This document shows, one piece after another, positions 59,492 to 64,000 of a DNA stretch of 64,000 nucleotides (the first letter of the stretch is position 1; every line of letters begins with the position of its first letter). The DNA is from Guillardia theta CCMP2712. Its lineage: Eukaryota > Protista > Cryptophyta. The stretch lies in the NCBI RefSeq assembly GCF_000315625.1, contig NW_005434568.1:144582-208581 (forward strand). Direction: 5' to 3'. The translations under genes and the position numbers were made by a program. Below the pieces are notes generated by a model that saw nothing but the letters and a program-made list of their open reading frames with translations, was not told the DNA's origin and made no database searches.

Positions 59492-62400
59492 TCAGCCTCG
59501 TGCTTCCTCCTCTCCCTCTCTACCCCCGACTCTGCTGCCTCCCTCTGACCTAAACGTCTGTGCCAACTGCCCTCCTCCTCCCCCTCCCTGCCTCTCCTTC
59601 TCCCCCTCCTCCTCCCCCACCCTGCCTCTCCTTCTCCCCCTCCTCCTCCCCCTCCCTGCCTCTCCTTCTCCCCACCTCCTCCTCCTCCCTGCCTCTCCTT
59701 CTCCCCCTCCTCCTCCTCTTACCCGGCTTTCTCTTCTTGTCGGACTTGTCGGACTTGTCGGGCTTGGCCTGTCACACGAGTCATCGTGTAAAAAAGAAGC
59801 GTGCGGGGAGATGGGACCAGGCGATCCAAGGGTGAGGAGGGAGGAGGAAAGCGAGGAGGAGAGCAGAGCAGAGTAGAGCAGAGCAGAGCAGAGCAGAGCA
59901 GAGCAGAGCAGAGGAGGAGGAGAGGAGAGGAGAGGAGAGGAGAGGAGAGGAGAGGAGAGGAGAGGAGAGGAGGAGGAAGGAGGAGGANNNNNNNNNNNNN
60001 NNNNNNNNNNNNNNNNNNNNNNNNNNNNNNNNNNNNNNNNNNNNNNNNNNNNNNNNNNNNNNNNNNNNNNNNNNNNNNNNNNNNNNNAGGGGGCGGAGGA
60101 GATGAGGAGACCTTGGGGTTGCCCTGGAACTCAAGCTCGACGTAGGGGATGTCCCAATCCCAGATCTTGTCTCCTCCCGGGTTGCTGGGGTCGTAAGGAG
60201 GAAGCAGTTCCTGCACTTTGTCGCAGAACTTCTTAAACTCCCTGTCGAGCTTGCTAACCATCTCCTTCTGCCTTTGCTCGTCTTCGATCTCGTCCCTGTC
60301 GTAGGGGTTCTTTCTCTTGTTCTCCATCAGACTTTCTCCGTCCTCTAGCCACTCCAGGAAGAACTGGATGTCTCGAGTCGACTGCTTGCCGATCATGATG
60401 GCGTTCTTGAGACGGAAGTGGAGGAGGATGAGGTTGCTGTGCTTGTTCGAGGGCTGGAAGAAGGCATGCTTGATGTTGCGGTACAGGATGTCGATGTGCT
60501 TCAGGTCGGGGGACGGGGCCTTCTTGACTGCAAACCGAAAGCCGTTGACGTGCGCCTCAAGATCTCCTTCCGTCTTCCTTCCTCTCGCCTGGATGTTGGG
60601 GTAGATCCTCAGGTTCTGGAGCCTGGGCCCTCTGTTGGGGTTCAGCCGGAGAGGCTCCTGGGGGACGAGCTCGTCTCTTGCCTTCCTTTCTCGCTCCTCC
60701 TGCTGGTACGTCTTCTTCATCGCCATGATCTGCTGGTGGACGAGGATGAGGTTCTGACTCTCCTGCGCGCGGTAGGAGAGCTCACGGAGGTAGATCGCGT
60801 CCTTGTTGACCCCGATGGACACGCCTGCTCCTGGGCTCACAAAGTTGATGCGGAGAACATTTCCGGCGATTCCTTGCGACTGGATGCTGGCGTTCTTGAC
60901 TGTGGAGATGTGGAAGGGGACGGGAAGGCCGTTGATGGGGACGAGGATGGTCTGAGCTGCCTCGTCGATGTAGAGCTGAAGGTAGCCCTTGTTGCTCCAT
61001 GCACGTGAAGGAAAATCTTCAGTTCCGAGGTACCCCGAAGTCTGAGACCTCTCGCGCTTGTCATCAGATCCTGAGGACTCGTTATACCTCCTCCTCCTCT
61101 GCTCTTCCACTCTCTGCAGGGCGAGCTGGTTGTTTCTTTCCTCGAAGTCCTTCCTTGCCTGCTCCTTCTCCTCCTCCGACAGCTTGTGGGACAACTTCTG
61201 TTTCTCGAGCTCCTTCAACTTTCTGTCGAGCTCGTCCTGTACAGACTTCTTGTTGTCGGATTTCTTCTCCTCGTCTCCGTCGTCTGACACGTTCCAAGAG
61301 ACTTTGCTGTGCTTTTTCGGAGCGTTTGTCAGGCACTCCGCACCGTCCTTAGTGATGAGGAATGTGTCCGCCAGCAGCATCGAGTACTTGGAGCTCTTTG
61401 GGTCTTTCGACTGAATGCTAAGGTTTTCAAGCCCAATTCTCAGGCACACCAGCATCCCAACTTTCAGTGTACTTCTGTTCTTCTCGTCGAACACGAATCG
61501 CTTCTCCCTCAGCTCGTAACCTAAGCTCCAGCCCAGCTCCTTGGTAAGGTTGCCAAGCAAACTTGGCTTCTTTGACTTGAGAAGGTCACTTGCCGCCTCG
61601 TACACCTTGTTCATCCTTGTGCCAGGCTTCAGCAGCCCCTGGCATTTTTCCACCACCTCCAGCAGCAGCCGATAGTTTGCTTCCTGCTCGGGCTTAACAT
61701 TGAACAGCAATGTGCGGGCCAACATGCCGAAGCAGGACTTGACCCGGAGAGAAACAGAGCTGATGTAAATAGCTGGGACTCCCTTGTCAGGGAGGTTCAG
61801 GGGGGATTCCTCCGTCAGAGCCGAGTACTTAAGGTCGTAGGTGCCGCTCTGCACGTTGGGGGGGATAACAACTTCCACATCCTCGACGTCCACAGGAAGC
61901 TGAAGAGGCGCAATGGTCTTGGGAAGCTCGTTCTCCACATGCTCCGAGATCTTGGTCAGCATGAACTTCTCATTGCTGTCAACTACGTCGAGGATTTTAT
62001 TGAGGCAGCTCTTGAACGCTGCTGTGTTGATGGTACCTGCCTGTCTTGCCGCCTCGACCTGCTTGTCTGACTTGATGGCAAGGAAGTCCGTCAGTCCGTT
62101 GGTGATGTCGACTTTGGAGATTCCGCTGGCCTCCCCCAAAAAGCTGTTCCATTCCTGCGCGAATGACCCATCGTACTTCTCCTTCAGGAGAGTCCCAACC
62201 TTGGTCTCGCTCCGTTCCTCCTTCATCTCTCCAAGAATGTACTGAAAGTTCGCCTTGTCCTTGTCGCTCTTGTCACGAACGCGGACTTCAACCTTGGTGG
62301 GGAACTTGGACGGAAGGTCATCCGCCAAGGCCTGCAGCACCCTCGCCTTCTTGCTCGCCGCAAGGAATATGATCTTCTTCGGACACAGCACGGTCAAGAT

Positions 62401-62869
62401 GTCGTGCAGCTCTAGTGAGAACATCGCTGCAGAAACAAAGTGTCATCCTACTTGACAGCCAGCCAGCTCCGCAAGGCAGCATCCAACAGCACACGGTCAA
62501 CAAGCATCGGACCTGTAATGAGAGATTGAGCCTTTGGGAACTTGATCACGTCCTTGGAGTCCGAGTCGCAGGCAATGGCAATCACATCAGCCTTCGGTCC
62601 CCATGCATCCGTGTCCTTCTCAGCCTGCACAAATCCATGATGAAGGATCAGGTGAAGAGCAGAGCGACGACTACCTTCCATTTCTCGTAGAGTCTTCCGC
62701 AGACATCGGTGAACTGAGAGGCGGAGAAAAGAACCTTTCCATCATCCTTCTTGTCACCACCTCCTTCCTGCTTCACCTCCACCTTAACTTTCGCATCCTT
62801 GACCTCCTTGGCATGGTTAGGGTCCTCCTTGGCCTCCTCCTTGACCTTTATCTTCTCTTCGTCGGCCAT
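59492..62869 (-). CDS. SPT16: FACT complex subunit SPT16; part of the C-terminal region is missing across the gap at 59988-60087
   Basis: Peptidase-M24-like N domain (VQSGTYDLK, ARTLL, LLADT), VPFHISTVKN, LRINF, LEAHVNGFRF, DILYRNIKHAFFQP, DRDEIEDEQ. Confidence 0.96.
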
Positions 62870-64000
62870 GCTTTGATCACTGTCAAAACCAGATTCACAA
62901 ACTGAAAAATTCGTTTGATCGCGTCTGATAGTAAAGGTCGTGTACACCACGCTGCAACGTCCAAGCGAGGGGATCTAGTTGCTTGTGTATGGTGTGCAGT
63001 TCAAAATGCAACCTTGTCCTCTCACGATCATTACTCTGTGCTGCGCTCAAGCTCCGATTACTATGATCGAATCATGAACGATCACTTCAATTCCACCTTT
63101 CCTACGCCGTTTCCTTTCTTGCGCTTCAACTGCTCCGACATTCACTGAATCATCACAGGTACCCCCTGAGTCTCTGTCTCTCCTCCTCCCCCGTCTGTCT
63201 TGCCTGCTGCTCCCCTTCGTTGCTCCCCATCTCACCACTCCACTCTGTCCCTCCGTCCTATCATGATACGCTTCTCCCCCTCCCTTCCCCCGCCATCGTC
63301 CCCTCCTCTTCCTCCTTCCTCCTGCATTTCTCTGCCCTTCTCATCCTCTTCCCGCTAAAACCAACAAAACACTCAACTACCACCCCACCCTCATCAGCAA
63401 GGATTCAGTCCTACCCCCACCCCCTCATTCTCACCTCATACCGTGATAACCCCACCATTCGTCATTCATCCACCCTCCTATTCCCTCTCACCACCCTACC
63501 CTACGTACCCATGAGTATCTCAATCACCACAAGGGTTCTATATGAGTGGGTTTCACACCCTTCAACATACCCCACTACATGGCAACCCCACCCACCTACA
63601 CTACTCAATCAAGGATACCACCCTACCCCCATGTAACAGGTTACCCACACGCTTTGTACCAACACCACCCCCTTTTGCATGTTTTTTTTGAAATACTACC
63701 CTACTGTACCCACGGGTTCGTGCTGATCCCAGGAGAAGGGGTGGGGGTAGTAAATCTCGAACAGAAGCGGGGTACCAGGGGGTAGTTTGGTGAGGAAATA
63801 AGGGGTACTCCAGAGGGCAGAGGGCATGAATCCAAAAAAAGCGAAGGCATGGAGGGAAAGAGCAAGGGGAATGGGCGGATTTCACCGCAAGGTCGGCATG
63901 GGAGCATAAAACAAGTCAAATGACACAGAAAGAGCAGCAAGACACTGCGAGCAAGTTATTTCTTCCTCCCATGTTCACATCATTCAGCCCTCCCCCCCCC

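Noticed and set aside
59988-60110. Naturally truncated SPT16 lacking the second PH/Rtt106 and acidic regions
   Set aside because: The missing part coincides with a 100-N placeholder gap, and terminal exons resume after it

Overview
Eukaryotic nuclear DNA with short spliceosomal introns, microsatellite-filled introns and five N gaps. The intron style, a bipartite plastid-targeting presequence and LRGG presequence motifs suggest a cryptophyte-like alga (inference). The first ~14 kb is a transposon nest: a CryptonS-like GCR1_C relic, then a Ty1/Copia gag-pol carrying apparent tandem Tudor-like domains, which is split by a 2.6-kb element with inverted ends at a palindromic CCATGG site. The rest is gene-dense: TylF-type O-methyltransferase, YeeE/YedE sulfur transporter, TKL kinase, a collagen-like protein, an AIF-like flavoprotein, a voltage-sensing-phosphatase-like protein with two cNMP-binding-fold domains, a dynamin-like probable pseudo-GTPase, a cupin, a beta-helix protein, a histidine phosphatase and SPT16. 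The strongest leads are the VSD-PTEN-C2-CNBD-PH-CNBD protein, the unclassified insert in the Copia, and a recurring intergenic pattern of GGGT/TACCC blocks plus GC-rich palindrome-word blocks upstream of genes. All exon models were spliced by eye, so outer coordinates are approximate.
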